The translations under genes and the position numbers were made by a program. This document shows positions 41,463 through 56,314 of a stretch of DNA of 64,000 nt, piece by piece. The notes below the pieces were generated by a model. That model was not told the origin of the DNA, did not search any database, and saw nothing but the letters and a program-made list of their open reading frames with translations. The stretch covers positions 1 to 64,000 of the forward strand of contig CAJNYD010000048.1 in NCBI GenBank assembly GCA_905331295.1. The letters are read 5' to 3'. Source of the stretch: Rotaria socialis. Taxonomy: Eukaryota. Within the stretch, counting starts at the first letter, position 1; the number at the start of each line of letters is the position of its first letter.

Positions 41463-41824
41463 TTCACTAACAATTGATATCAGCAAAACTCTTAAGTTTA
41501 ACGCAACACAATTGTTCAAGCACGCGCACATTGAGCAACAACAACACAACAATAACAAAAATCACGTAATTCTGAGCCAAAGTCTGACGTAAGATAGAAA
41601 ACATTGTAAGATTGTTTATTTCATAAGTAAACGAAAGAAACAAATATAACGTAAGTACAAATCATAATTTTTTTATTTACCTACATTCATTCAATGCATC
41701 GATGACAAATATCAACGAGTGGTAAAATTATACGCAACTTCTAGAAAAACCAAGATTTTTTTCTCATCGAAAAAATTTTCATCTCAATGTAAATTATTTA
41801 TGTATTTTAGTTTAATCACCACCA

Positions 41825-42511
41825 ATGATGCACGCCGCTGTTGCTTATTCTCACCATCCAACTGGTTATCCATCATTTCTATCCTATGCACCAACAGCAC
41901 AACGTAAATCTGATTATGGAATGTCACTTCATCATCCACATCATTATTTAAATGATTCAATTGGTGCAAATACTTCATCAAGTAGTCCATCATCCAACAA
42001 TAGCTCTGCACATTTATTATCCTATAGTGGCTATAGTACTGGCCTTGATTTATCATCTCATACAAATAATTTAAAACGTCCGCGAAGTGATATTGATGAT
42101 GATGAAAATAATAATATTAATAATCATAATGAGGATAGTCAAACATCAGCATCACCATCAACGTCTGTGTTAGGTGATATAACATCAGCAACCAATGGTC
42201 AAAAAATGTATCAACATCTTAAACATGATTATTCACAAAATGAATTATGTCCATCATTACCATTCAAAAAACGTGCACGAGCTGTTCCACCTGAACAAAA
42301 AGATTCTGCTTATTTTGAAAAGCGAGCTCGTAATAATGAATCTGCAAAACGTTCACGAGATGCTCGTCGCCAAAAAGAACAACAAACACAAGATCGTTTG
42401 AATTGTTTAGAACATGAAAATTCACGTCTATTAATGGAAAATCAAGCACTTCGCTATCAACTTTCTCAACTGCATGCATTGTGTGGTGTATCATCAAAAC
42501 CATTACAATAA
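41825..42511 (+). CDS. PAR-family bZIP transcription factor (ces-2/giant/HLF-TEF-DBP-like)
   Basis: Basic region VPPEQKDSAYFEKRARNNESAKRSRDARRQKE followed by the zipper LEHENSRLLMENQAL. Confidence 0.9.
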   Translation: MMHAAVAYSHHPTGYPSFLSYAPTAQRKSDYGMSLHHPHHYLNDSIGANTSSSSPSSNNSSAHLLSYSGYSTGLDLSSHTNNLKRPRSDIDDDENNNINNHNEDSQTSASPSTSVLGDITSATNGQKMYQHLKHDYSQNELCPSLPFKKRARAVPPEQKDSAYFEKRARNNESAKRSRDARRQKEQQTQDRLNCLEHENSRLLMENQALRYQLSQLHALCGVSSKPLQ

Positions 42512-42936
42512 AAACTTCATATAAACAAACATTTTGTTTTCTATTTTTTTTTGTGTATTTCAAACAAACTAAATAAATATAGTTTATTACGTTATTCATT
42601 GGAAAGTAAACGGATTTGTCCTAATGCCTGCAGGTAGTAATGAGCTCAAGTGGACAGTGCTCAGATAGCCTACTGTTTTTTCGAGTGCTTGAGACAAACA
42701 ATACAACTGCATGACATCCCGTGGTGTTCAGTCATCCATCATCAGAAGTGTGTGACATTTTTTTTCCTTCGTCTTCGTCTTCTTTTCTTTTATTCAGCAA
42801 CAACGAAAAGAGAGAGAGAAACAAAAACAAGAAATAACATGACGTATTATGATCGATGTTTCAATTCATCTAATGCAGTTGTATCATTTTCTAAACGAAA
42901 GAATGAATCAATCAATAGAATAAGATTTTTTTCCTC

Positions 42937-45851
42937 TTACTTCGTCTTGATGCTAATTGATCAGGATCGCCAAATAGAAGTGGATATGAACGACTTACGT
43001 TCAATGACGATGTATATTTTAATGGTTGTTTTAATAAAAGATCAAGTTCATTGCGTAATTGCATTTCTTTTTTCTGAACTTCTTTTGTATTGGCTGATCT
43101 AGCTTTTTCAATATCTCTATAATTTATGCAAATTTAGAGATTAAAAATAAAATGAAGAGATTGAATGTTTTCTTTTTTTGTTTTCGCTTACTCTATGTTA
43201 TCATCTAATTCAATATCTAATTCTTTAGCTGCTTTATGATACCAACTTGCTTCATGCGTTACTTTAGCAACTTGATGATGTAATCTAGATATGTCAGATG
43301 CAAGACGAACACGTTGTTTTAAATTTGCTAGATAAGTTATATCAATAGGAAATGCTTGAAGATCTTCGTCTAGACAAAAAAATGAGTCGAACATTTCAAA
43401 ACAAAACATGAGTATTTTCGATTTTTACCTCGATTGAGTGTTTTAATAATTTTCCGATAGAGAAATACTTCTTCGGGACAAATAAACATTATACTCAAAC
43501 CTTGACGATCAGCACGAGCTGTACGACCACTACGATGAATATAAAGCTAGTCGGGGAAAAAAACACACACAATTATACATATCGATATTGATTAAACTTT
43601 TTTCTTTTTACTTCTGTTGATCTTGGTACTTGATAATGAATAATATGTTTGATATTTGGAATATCTAAACCACGTGCTGCTACATCGGTAGCAATTAATA
43701 ATCCATTTTCCGAACCTATTTTTATTGAAAATGATCCTATTTAAAGCATACGAGAGGAATAGGCTTTTGTTTTACTAGAGAATCTTTCTAAATTATTCAA
43801 ACGTTGTTTTTGTTCCATTTGTGCATGTAATGGCAATGGATTTCTTTTTAAGAGTGTTAAAATCGATTGTAATCGTTTAATACAATCAATACTATTGGTA
43901 AATAATAATGTTCGACCGGGATATAATGATAGAAAATAATAGAGATAAATATCCTAGAAAAAAATGACTTTTTATTTAAGCGAATGATTTATTTCTTAGA
44001 CAAACTTTTTCTTCTAATGGACAATTAACACGAGCTTCAGTTAATGTTTCAACTGTACCAAATTTTTTTGTTAAATCAATTATCTTCGGCTTAGCACTCA
44101 TACCCACAGCGGAAATTAATGTAGCTAAAAATGTAACATAAAAAAAAACATGAAGATAAATTGAATTAATTGTAAACAAACCAAGTTTATCTTGATTATC
44201 ATTTTTTTTCTTTGTTTTTTTCTTTTGTTTATCATCACTCGATTGTAACATGAGTGTTGCCGAGAAAATAAATTTCTGACGTGATTGATTACTATCATCA
44301 CTAATTAAATAAGAGATAAAGCAATAAAAAAAGTAGAAGAAAAACACAAGAGATATATCAATATTACCTATTGATTAGCTTAAGAATTTTTTCCAATTCT
44401 TCAAAATGTCCTTTTTCAATCATTCGATCAGTTTCATCGATAGCTAAAAATCGAAGTTTCGACATATCCATTGTATGCTCATTATTCTAGCAAAAGAATT
44501 TCGTTTATAAAAGAAAGAATTTGATTTTTCTTCTCTATGATATTTTACTTCTTGTAATAATTCCCAAAATCGACCAGGTGTTGCAACAATAATTTCGGGT
44601 TTTTGTGCTAATAAACGTTCTTGTTTTTGTGTTGACATACCACCAACAATGACAGCAGTCTAGATTTATTTTCGATATAGAAATAAGATTAACTTCTTTT
44701 TAATGATATTTTACTTTAAATTTTGTATAACGACAAGCAATCTGAATATGAGATTTGATTTGAACAGCTAATTCACGTGTTGGTGTCAGAATCAAACTTG
44801 TAAATTGTCCATAGGACATCTAAAAAAAATCATTTCAAAACATTAACTGCTTGATGATGGCAGATATTTAAGTATATATCCGTTTGCTAATCAACTTTTT
44901 AATGAGGATGTGAATTCGACAGAAGAAAAGATCCTCAACTTAAAGATTATCATACTTAAGAGATAATTTTTGATTCGGGTTGGAAGAGAATTTGTTTCTG
45001 GAAATTATGAATTGAACTTACTTCATTATTTTCCAATAATGTTGACATGTGAGTAAGAATTGGAATAGCAAAAGCCAATGTTTTACCACTACCCTAGTTT
45101 TGTACGAAAGCAAAATATCTTTGTGTTTTTCATAAGAAAAAAGAACAACGAAAGTACTGTTTCAGCAGCGCCAATAATATCTTGATGATCACGAATAGCA
45201 ATGGGTAAAGTCAATCGTTGTATTGGAGTTGGTTCAGAAAAATTTTGTTCCAACAATGAACGAATGATGTCGTCGGAGACATGAAGATCAGACCAGACTT
45301 TTTTGTCAATGTCTATTTTTTTAGAATTTTAGAGATGAAGAAAAGAAGAGAAAGAGATTTTGCCGTCTTACCAAAACTATCGGCATTTGCAGTAGTGTCA
45401 ACTTCTTCATTCTTATTTTCATCAGCTGTTTGAAGTGTAGATGTAGCACGAGTTTGATTTGAACGTGTTTTCTTCTTTGGTTTCTTTTTTTTAGCTTCTA
45501 AATTAAAATTTAATTTTAGATCAAATTATTTGATAAAATTAGAGATTTTTTTTCACTTTTAACTGGCGTTACAATTTCTTGTTCATCAGGCTCAATTTCA
45601 TCAAGCTTTCGTTTGTCCTTCGTATTTTTCAGTTTCGTCTTCTTCTTACTTAATTGCTTATCCTCCTGGTCCTTGACAAAGAAAATCACACAGATATTTT
45701 ATTTATCAAGAAATTTGAGTAGTTATACTTCGCCATTCGTTGCGGGTATTTCACGCCAACAAATGAAACCCATACCGCGCATCTTTTCAAAATTAGGTGC
45801 CATGTCAAGATCATCACCATCATCATTATCATCATCATCGTGATCAAACAT
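42937..45851 (-). CDS. DDX24: DEAD-box RNA helicase DDX24/Mak5
   Basis: [87 protein letters not shown] and the C-terminal [14 protein letters not shown]. Confidence 0.92.
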
Positions 45852-46943
45852 CTGGAGAAATAAAAATCAATTAGGGAAACAATCGTATCAATTGTTCGTC
45901 ATTGCTAAACATTTTTTTTCGTTTTATATGAAAGAAGACATTAGTACATGAAGAAAAACAAAATTATGCAAAAAAAAAATGTTGATTGCTCATTCACGTA
46001 ATGCGATCGACCATTATGTGGTAAATGTTGGTTGCAGCTAAAAAAAAGATGAAAACCGATAAAATTAAAGGTACTCGAGAAGCTTCGTATGATAGCATTT
46101 TGTTTGTTTGCAGATTCTATCACTGGATGGACTAGTTTGTTATGAGAATTAAATGTTATCAACTATAGGAATCATACTATTTTTAGATTTTATTGCATGT
46201 TCATACGCAGATACCACGTCATGTGGGTAGACATACAAATATGAAATTATTTTGATACAGAAAATCCCCTGAGATGCGAATGTTGTTTTCATGAAAATGA
46301 TTTATTCGATTATGAAAACATTAAATAATTTTAATTTGATTGAAATAGTCTGTGATTGCGATCAGAAACTATTGCCTAATGATGAAGCTCATCAGTTATT
46401 CAAAGGAAAATATCGATCCGACAGTGATTCTAGTTATTTATTTTTCTTAGCATACCTGATTGTATTGTTCCTAACAGTTGAACGAGTTCAAATCATAAAC
46501 GGTAATCTTTTGTCCGTACCGATTGATAGTCAACTCACATTATATTTATAAAATGACAAGTTACAGAGTTTTAGTTTGTCTGATTTAAAATTTTTTCGAT
46601 TAATATAAAATCGATTGATATTGATATTTTTGTTGTTGATGTTTTCTCCATTGGTTACAATAATCTTAAATAAATCTCTACAGAGAAAAAATCATTGAAG
46701 TTTAAATAGATATGTTGTTTTTCTTGAAATGATGATTCTATTAGAAACGAAAAAAAAGGCAATACATTTGTGTTCTATGTTTAATGTTGAAAAAGACTTT
46801 TTTTGTTTTGTTTTATACATAACAAATTCAAGAATTTGAAGAAATAAATAAATGAACGAAGTAGAGCGAAAGAACAGAATTTAAAGACGATAAGAAAACT
46901 ACGATGAATATCGCTTTGTAAGTGAGATTTTAAAGAAAAAGAA

Positions 46944-46945
<2 letters not shown>

Positions 46946-46975
<30 letters not shown>

Positions 46976-47028
46976 GATCAAGGAGATAGTACACACAATC
47001 AGTTTGGATCACACACACACACACACAC
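46946..47028. repeat. (CAA)n and (CA)n microsatellites in the MON2 3' region
   Basis: Directly visible tandem arrays. Confidence 0.9.
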
Positions 47029-47143
47029 ATACAATTATAAAATATATTTATTAGTCAAAGGTTTAGGAATAAAAACCGGAGGATATGGAGAGGAGAGTGG
47101 GGGCGAATAAATTATTGTTTATATTTTTCTTAATTCGTTTACT

Positions 47144-50100
47144 TTATCGAACTGATGGTGGTGGTGTTAGGAGTGTAAAGTATTGATGCAGTGTATCTTT
47201 AATTGCATTACAAATTTGTGGCGATGGTGATGTTGTACATTCAACTAGACATGGATACAATGCTATTAATTGATGCCATATATTCATTTCGACTGTAAAA
47301 ATAAAAATGAATTTTGTTTTGAAACATTAAAAAAAGGCAACAGATCGCATACCTGAATCTTTTGGTGCTCGTTTTAATGCACCAATCAGTGTACCCAATG
47401 CTTTAAGTACAGAAATCATTTCAGCTGTGCGTGGTCTAAACGAACACACAGTTTTTTAAGTAATGATATACAATTGATAGTGGATAACATAAATACATTC
47501 AAAAATAAACTCACGCACGCACGCACGCACATACACCTCAATCATATATAAAACAATGCAACTAACCATTTGATAGGAGCAATATCAACGGATAATTCAG
47601 ATTAGATTTTTTCTCAAATCAATACTCCAATATTATGTTTTAGCATGCATTAATTCAAATCCAATGCTTGACTTTTGTTTTAGTATTCTGAGCTTTAAAA
47701 AAAATGATTTATTATGGTAAATAGTTTTTATCTATAAAAGCATAGAAATCTATCAAGAGACTCCTAATGAGATTTAATGTATATATATATATGGTAGACA
47801 TGCATTTACAGTGATATGGAGTCGTAGTTTAGCTTATTTTGTTTAAAAAGCTATTTACATAATTTTTAAGGGAGAAAAAAACTTACGAAAAAGGAGTGAA
47901 GCTGTTGTGATTGTAATTGAGTGCTCCAGCAACTGGTTCAAGATTATCACTACTGCAAAAAAGTCAATATCAAGCCTCACTCAATAATTTATATGTTTAC
48001 TATTTAGCTTATCGAAATGAAAAAAAAAGTTATCTTCCCTTTTACATAATTGTAATTTGAAGAAGTAAAGAAGTTTTCGTACCGTGGTAATGGACATTTG
48101 CCATGTAGACGTTCATCATGAGCATATTTCTGTAAAATTTCTTTGCAACGACTTAACATTGAACCGAGTGCAAGACGTTTTATGACCAGATTTTCATTCG
48201 ATGATGATTGATCATTTATGAATGAATATTTGAGTAGAGTTTCAAAGCATATTTTAGAAAATTCTTCACGTAATCGTCGAGCAGAATCAATATCTAATAT
48301 TTGAAATAGAAAGAGAATTGAAAATAATGAAGCAAATACAAGATAGAAAAGAAAATATCAATCTTAGCAAATTCAACTAACGATTCTGAAAATAATGAAT
48401 CCGACGAACTCTTCCTAAAAGGATTTCCGCCAATCGGATGCATGCTGAGCATATACTACTGCAATGATATATGTCAAATTTAAGTTTTTTTTTCTGTTAA
48501 GATGTTCTCTTTCAAATTTTTCATACCGATAAAATTATCTGTTGTACATGAATAAATGGAACCTCGATTTAGTATATTCAATATTTTTGTTATAAATATT
48601 TCCGGAAGTACATTAGCATATGGTAGAATGTCATCGCGGATTAGTTCAATAGCCTATGAAAAGAATCAATATAGAAGTATTCTTATTCGAGATTAAGCAT
48701 ACTTGACAATCGATTGCTTCATCTCGTTGAATTTCTTCAATTGGAATATCCGATGGAGGTACACTGAAAGTTCACATGAAGAAAATTTATTAAATAAAAA
48801 AATGCGAGAAAATACCTTTTTGAAAATAGAAAATCATCGAAAGCTTTAGCCAAATCTGCCCACATACTTTCAAATGCGTTTCCTAAAAATAAAAACAATT
48901 GGTAAACAAGAAAAATGTCAACGTTAAAATAATTACGATGTTTTCTTGCGACGACAAGTCCAATTTTAAGTACACGAAAAAAACATTCAATTGCTAATTT
49001 CCAAGTTGTTGAACTCGGACAATTATATTTCATTGATAAGGGAATTTGTAATGTCTAGTAAAAAAAGAATAAACCATTGAATTGGATCAAATTAAAAAAC
49101 TCAATCTTACTTGAATCATTGTTTGCAATGTTCCACTGTCAATGACTGCTGGATTATCAGTAACATCCTCATATAAACTAGCTGCCATACGAAGGATCTT
49201 TTCACTAAATGGTACAAAATTAACATTTGAATCGTTTGTTTTTCCATTGGTTTGTCTATTTGTTGGAATCTTTTTTATTTGCTCTGCACAATCGAATACT
49301 GGCGGGTTAATTGCATACAGAACAAGAGCCAGTAAACGCTTGAAACAAATAGGTAAAAGTGCTGATGCATTCAATGATTTTGCTAATTCTAATTTTAAAT
49401 TTTTACAAACAAATTCCATTGCTTTATATGCTGATTCTTGTAATAGAGTTAAATTAACATCGGTTGGAATTAAAAACAAAGCCATATCGGAATGTATGGG
49501 AACAGCAAGAACACGTTCAATGATTGTTGAGAATTGTTCAAAATGTTTTGCATCATGAATAAAATCACTAGACCAAATATGATTTATTATATTTGGAAAT
49601 ATATCAATAAAATATGTAAGAAAATTCTGTGATGGAATATTGGAATCGTAGCGATCAATTATTATCACACGTTCAGGTGGACAACGACTACAACCATTAC
49701 CAATATTTAACCAAACTTGCCAAGCTTGTTGCCATAATTGTTGATCATGAGGTGTTATAGGTTTTTTTGGCGATGGAGTTTGTGTAACATTCAATGGTAT
49801 ATTAACAAGTTCATTGAAACTTTTTAATGCAGCAAGAGCAATTTCAGGATTCTTTGCTAGAGCAGATTTTTCAATATTAGTTAACAGTACACTCCAGACT
49901 TTAGGAAAGTCGTCTAAAAGAAGAGAAAAAACCAAAGAAGTGCTCGATAGACTATCAAGAAATATATAAATTTTGTTGAGTAAATAGTATTTACCTAATT
50001 TAGTCAGAAAATCTTTTTTCACTTGAACTGTTCTTGTCACACCTGCCAATATCATAACATATGTTTCTGCCCATTGTTTTTCTGGTGTATCTCTTGAATG

Positions 50101-53100
50101 ATGCATTAGGATTTCTTGTCCACCTGATGATTTCGATAATTGTTGTTGTTGCATTTGTTCTCGTTCTTTTGAAGCCGTATAGAAGAATTGTTCCACATGT
50201 TCGAATAAAGGAAATAAAACTTGCCAAATTAGAATACTCCACGCACCTGAACTCAGTAGTTGTCCATGTGATGTTATCATAGTAAATAATGTTGATGATG
50301 CTGATTTTCTTATTGCTGGGCGTTGATCCATTGTTAATTCACTTAATTTTCTATATAAAATCATCCATAGTTCTTCTATTGATGTTAATGAATCATAAAT
50401 TTCATTTGGATCTAAATAATCATTGACATTCTTCAATTGATGTTCTTGCTCTTTCATACGAAATAAATAATCAGTCATATTCCATAGAAGACCAATAGCA
50501 GATAGTGCTATATTTAAATCTTGTTCTTGAAAACCAAATTTCGCCACTACTTTTATTAGTATACCTAAATAACATATTGGAATAGTTGATAAGAAATCTG
50601 TAACAACTAATTGTAAACATTGTTGAGCTTGACGTATCAAAGAATCATTGTGTTCACGACTTATTGAACCAATTATATTTAATCTAAAATAAATAAATAA
50701 ATAAGCAGAATAAATCAAATAAAAATTTTCTAGTCAATTTACATTATTGGCCATCCAGTTTGTAGTGTAGGCCCATTGTTCGTCAATATTGATAGAGTAG
50801 CTTCAAGTTGCTTTTGGCGTACGTCAGAATATTGAATTATTGATAATTCATGTAAAGATAAAATAATCATATGTAATAGACGTTCGTTATCGAATAGATT
50901 TTTTTCATATTTGAATTCAAGGGCACTACGTACAAGTAGCGTTAATGCTTCTGTGCCCCATTCACGCATACGCGGATTTGAATGTTGACAAACCTTTAAA
51001 TAAAACGAAAGTTCAATAATATCAGTAAATGAAAAAATGTTTGTTTTTCATACATCAAGTAAATGCGATGAAATAGGTTTCCACCAAACATCAATACGAT
51101 TCAAATTTGCTCGGCCAGTTTCAAGTATTTTAGCAATAGCAAACAATGATGGTTCACGAACAGATAAAGCAACTTCCATTGATTCAATACTTAAACGTAT
51201 AAGTGCATCGATTAAATGATGTAATGCAACATCATCTAAATAAACGCTTGATTCAAATAAACGTGAGAGCATCGACGATAGTATAGGTAAATCAGCCATA
51301 GCTGCTGTTGTTACAACAGCTGAAGAATTCGCCATAGGTGCAGCATCTGTATTGGCTATGGTTCCAATGTGTTTAAGTGTACCACCAGCTGACGGCTTAA
51401 ATCCAATGATCCAAACAAGATGTTGAAGTGTTGTTAATATTAAATGCCACGATGTACCAAGTATACTTCCATAGCAATGAGCAACTGATAGAAGTGTTCG
51501 CATACAATGAATATTTTTTGATGTCAACTAAAAATAAAAACATTTTGTTTCTACACTAATTCAAAAATATCCTTAACTAATCTTAATTTAGTATATTTTT
51601 GTGAGCAAAATTTAATCTTGCTAGTCTATGTACGTACTATGACTTATGATTATTATTGTAGTGAATAGAAACTTTTCCATCTACGTTTTTATTTATTCTC
51701 ATGCTAACGAAAATAACTCTTCTATTCATACCATAACAGCAGTTTGATTAGTTGCCGGCGATGAATTTAATAATGGTAATGGTGTTCCAACAATGACAAC
51801 TTGTTGTCGCTCGAAATCATTTCCCACTGATGAGTCTGTACTTGTTCGAGATGCTAATTTCTGTAATAGACTTTGTTGCTGTTGTTGTTGTTCACTATTC
51901 TGCTGTTTACTTAATAGATGAATATTATATTGTGGTGGTAATGCCATTTTACATAAACATGTTACAAAGGCATCACGTTGAACATTCATTGCAAGTAATC
52001 CACATAATGAAATGTATGTTTGAAAACCTCGTAAGAGCAATTCACATGTTGTATCATCACAACAAAAATCATATAATAATGTAAATGTAACAAGTACACT
52101 TGACCATGTACAATTAACAACTTCAATACATTCGTATCGTTCATTTTCTGTTAAAGATTCTAATGGTCGAACTTGCGTTGGGGTACGAAGTTGCGTGCCA
52201 GCTATTGTATCACCACGCATGCCTGTACCTTCGACAATCGATTGAACAGCTCGAACAAGTTCAAGCATACATGCATAAGCAACAACAATTCCATACGCAT
52301 CCGGTATAAGTGGACAATCGAATTTTTCCCAATTTTCAACATAAACAGCTTTAGCTTGACCTTGAGTATATGTCACATATTGTGGAACAAGTAAATTTCG
52401 GTAGGCGAAAAGAATTGTACTTGATGCCCCGCCAGGACCATTTGCAACATTGGATGAATGAGTATTATCTAGTTTTGAAGTCGTACTGGCTCCAGAAGCT
52501 AAAAACAGAACAAGTGAACATTTTTGTTTTTCATTCAAATAGATTATTACATTTTTTATCTGATATAACTGAATTGTTTGTACTTGTTTGTCCACTACTA
52601 GTCGATGAATTCGACGACACAGTTGCACTATTGAAATACGATTGAACATACGAACTAAAAGTACAAAAGAAAAAGCATTTCAATTCATTCATGAAAAATA
52701 ATCGAAACAAACCTTATTGCATTGGTTAAATCTCTTAAAATTTTACTTGCATGCGGTTGCATATCATAAGATAAGCAAAATAATTTAATTAAATTTTGAT
52801 GTATAATTATTTTATGTATACATTCAATAGCTAATGATCTTTGCCATACGGGTTTATCTGGTTCGAGTAATTTAATTAATAATGATAAAAATATTTCACA
52901 TTCAGTTATTAATAATGAAAAATAAAATCTTATTAATATACAAACAACACGTAAAAGACGAGCTATCAGTGGAAAATATGCACTATCAAATGTTGAATTA
53001 GAATTTGATCCACTCGATAGACTTGAATTAGAATTTGGAAATTTCGTACCCGGAGAAAATAGTTTAATAACAAGTGGAGATACACGTTCTTTTAATAAAT

Positions 53101-54499
53101 AACGAAATTCACTATGACAATGAAATATTGGTGCATAATGGGTTAAAATTGTTTCAATTAATTCAAGAATTAATGTTCGAGTTATTTCTGTTAAACCTGT
53201 TAGCCATATGGGTTGATCACCATTTATCAAATAACATAAATCTTGAAATAATAAATAGGCATCACGAGCATAGGGACGCAATGTATCAACGCTGTTCGAT
53301 TGGTGTTGTTTTGAAGAATCAGAATCTTTATTCGAATGATCTAAATAAAAGACACATTACTATAATGGAGTTGTTCTAAGCGTTCAAGAATACTTTCCGT
53401 AACGCTATGAATTATTCTACGATTTCATAGAACAATTTATACATGAGTATATTAAATTACGACTTTTCTGTAAGTTTACAATTAAAAGAATTTTCATTAG
53501 ACTTCATACGTCTCGAAATGAGCTCATGAATTTGAGTAAGCCTGTAAATCGACTATCACTTCTCTTCCACTTCATATACACGAAAAGCAAATCACAGGGA
53601 ATACAATTTTTTCGGTTGTTAAACAAGCTTTTCGGCAGCAGCCTGATAGTGACTTGACTAGATCATTCTATAAGTAAATATTTCTTACCACCGGCTGGTG
53701 CAGCTTGAACATCTTCTTCAATAACACGATCATAAACAGCTGTTACAAGTTGTCGAACAGCAGCTATAGAAGTATTTACAATTGTTAGATCTTTACTGAA
53801 GCATAATCGAAATGTAATCACAAACAGCTATTAGAACGAATGGATTCAAATAGATCGATTAATTAATTAATATTTATTTTACCGTTGCAAGAGTACTATG
53901 AACAACTACAGATGTTGTATTAACAAGTAATAAAACAGTTTGTAAAACTTTTAATTCTTCAGTTTGTAATTCACATAAAGCACTTAAAACATTAACAATT
54001 GTAGCTGCAGATGCCTAAATTAATAGATAGATTGAAGAAAAAAATATATATAATTTTTATTTTCTATTCGTACTTGATTAACAATATTATGTTGAAGTAA
54101 CTTTTGTATAGATGTTAAACATAATTGAACAATTTTAACTTGTTTAGTATCACATCCTAACACAAATGGTTGAAGTAAATCGACACTAGCATCACGCATT
54201 ACTAAAATACATACATATATTTCGGAAATTTTTCTATTAGTTTTATGATTTAAATAAAATACCTGTAATCAAACTATCTTTCATAGTACTATATTCCCGT
54301 AATTTCATATTGCATGCTTCTGCTGCCTATAAATATATACATATTGGTTTTAAATAAAATAAAATAATAAAAATGTTCATACCTCTTTAATAGGTGGATA
54401 CTTTTTTTTCGTTTCATTTGATAATTGACGGAGATCGCTCGATAAGTTATTTATTAGTTTTTGTAGAATCGTATGGCTATCACTTGATGCGGTAGCCAT
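47144..54499 (-). CDS. MON2: Protein MON2 homolog (Golgi-endosome trafficking, Arf-GEF-like)
   Basis: N-terminal [89 protein letters not shown] and [15 protein letters not shown]; multi-exon. Confidence 0.95.
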
Positions 54500-55284
54500 G
54501 ATTAATGCTCTAGAATAAATTGAAATATAAATATTAACACTTTTTACGTAACTGAAGGCAAACTTAGAGAATTCTTATAGTCAAAAGTCATTATCCATGT
54601 TTTGCGCTGTGAGCCACATCACTTGCTCCATCGTTGGATATGATTCAACCGAAAAAGGATTGGATAATTTATATCTATTAGTCGTCAACAGATGGAGATA
54701 CATATCGAAATCATTCGGTTTCTCGTAGTCAATAAGTCAAGTTTTGTTTTCAATGAATCGTCTCAAATTAATAGTTACACTTCTATCGAGTATTTCTAAT
54801 ATACAAGTTAGAATTGGGTTAAATCACTTTACATTATAAGAATCTTTTTGTTGTCAGCTGTTCGTTGATTAGTGATCAATCCGCTGTATGATGTTAATAA
54901 TTATTCATACTTTTTTGAGCGATAAACTTGATTTTGATTTTCAATAAAACCTTAAGAGACAAAATATAAAAACTTTTACGATAGAAATCAAATTATCTAT
55001 TGATGAATATAATATGTTCACTAATTGAAATATTAGTTGGATAATTCAATTATGTAAGTAAATTCTATGCACATTTTCAACATAGTTTAGTCTTTCTTGA
55101 TGACTTTTTCAGATTCTATTCAGGATAATCATACAAAAGATGAAAGAATTTCAAGGAGAGAATACTTTGTTGCTACACTTAACATTTTATTAGCCTTTAA
55201 ATATATTAGTTGACATAATCGATTTTACATCTCTCTACTGGTAAGTATAGAGGAATGCGATATGCTTGTAAATGTAGCTGATAA

Positions 55285-55293
55285 NNNNNNNNN
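55285..55293. other. Short assembly gap (9 N)
   Basis: Run of N. Confidence 1.
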
Positions 55294-56314
55294 GGCTTAA
55301 TTTGATTTTACATTCTCATTGAAAAATTAATTTCAATATTTATCTTCTTTTTTTTTGAGAATTTATAATAGATAAAACAAAGTTGAACATTGGAAAAATC
55401 TATGATCATATCAACTACTAGCAAAAACACCAATACTATTCAAGGTATATATATATTAATAACACTACTATCCACACATTACCTGTATTAGCTAACTTTG
55501 TACCACAAAAATATCGAACCATCATACACAGCAATCACAAAAAGAAAGGAAGTGAAGTGATGACTCACTAAAAACCATAGAAGAAATGTACCTTGCTCGC
55601 CGATGTTTAACTTAATAGAGGAAAAAATCAAATACATGTATTTCTATGATATTTTCACAGGTTAATCATTTAGAGATTCAATTCAATGATAAGAAATCTA
55701 ATGAAACATAATCCAAGATTAAGTGCAATGACTTTGATTTTTGTAATATGGATACATCGGTGTGAAAAACACGTTTTTGTTTTTATTTGTTACATGTATT
55801 CAATAGAGATTGTAGATTTTTGTGTTATTATTAATTTTATATTCTGTTCAATTAAGAAGCGTACCAAGAATTTATGATGATGTAACAAAAAGAAAGATCG
55901 AATCGGTATTAAACAATCTCTACAGATCGCATACAATTCATCGATACTAGTTTATTTATGCTCATGATTGAGATATTGTTTCAGCTTCACCTCGTCCATG
56001 ATTGCAATTGCCTTTAGTTTGTTCCCACGTATTTTGGAGTATATCAAAATCATTCTGCTGGATTTACAGTATACCGAAAATTTATTTTTCGCAACAAAAA
56101 TACGCTGTCAAGCCATCAATAAACATCTTCAAAAAAGAGAAAAGTACAATAAAAGAAAGCCATAAATGATGAGCCACCTTTTCAACATTGACTTGACGAT
56201 GAAATGTTTGCTTTGGTTTTACTATACACAAAAATTCCCTGCGGAGATCATAAGTTTACATTTTTATACCGAGTCATTCTGAAAATCTTAGCATCCATCT
56301 ATTCAAAATATTGC

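Noticed and set aside
44420..44442. DETD instead of DEAD in DDX24 motif II
   Set aside because: It still fits the DExD consensus with the catalytic D-E intact; minor variation.
46781..46996. Poly-cysteine ORF
   Set aside because: It is the translation of a (CAA)n microsatellite in the MON2 3' region.
55920..56300. Exon-like GC-richer patches downstream of the TIR-STING stop
   Set aside because: All minus-strand frames I tried contain stops, so no coherent product; probably UTR or decayed sequence.
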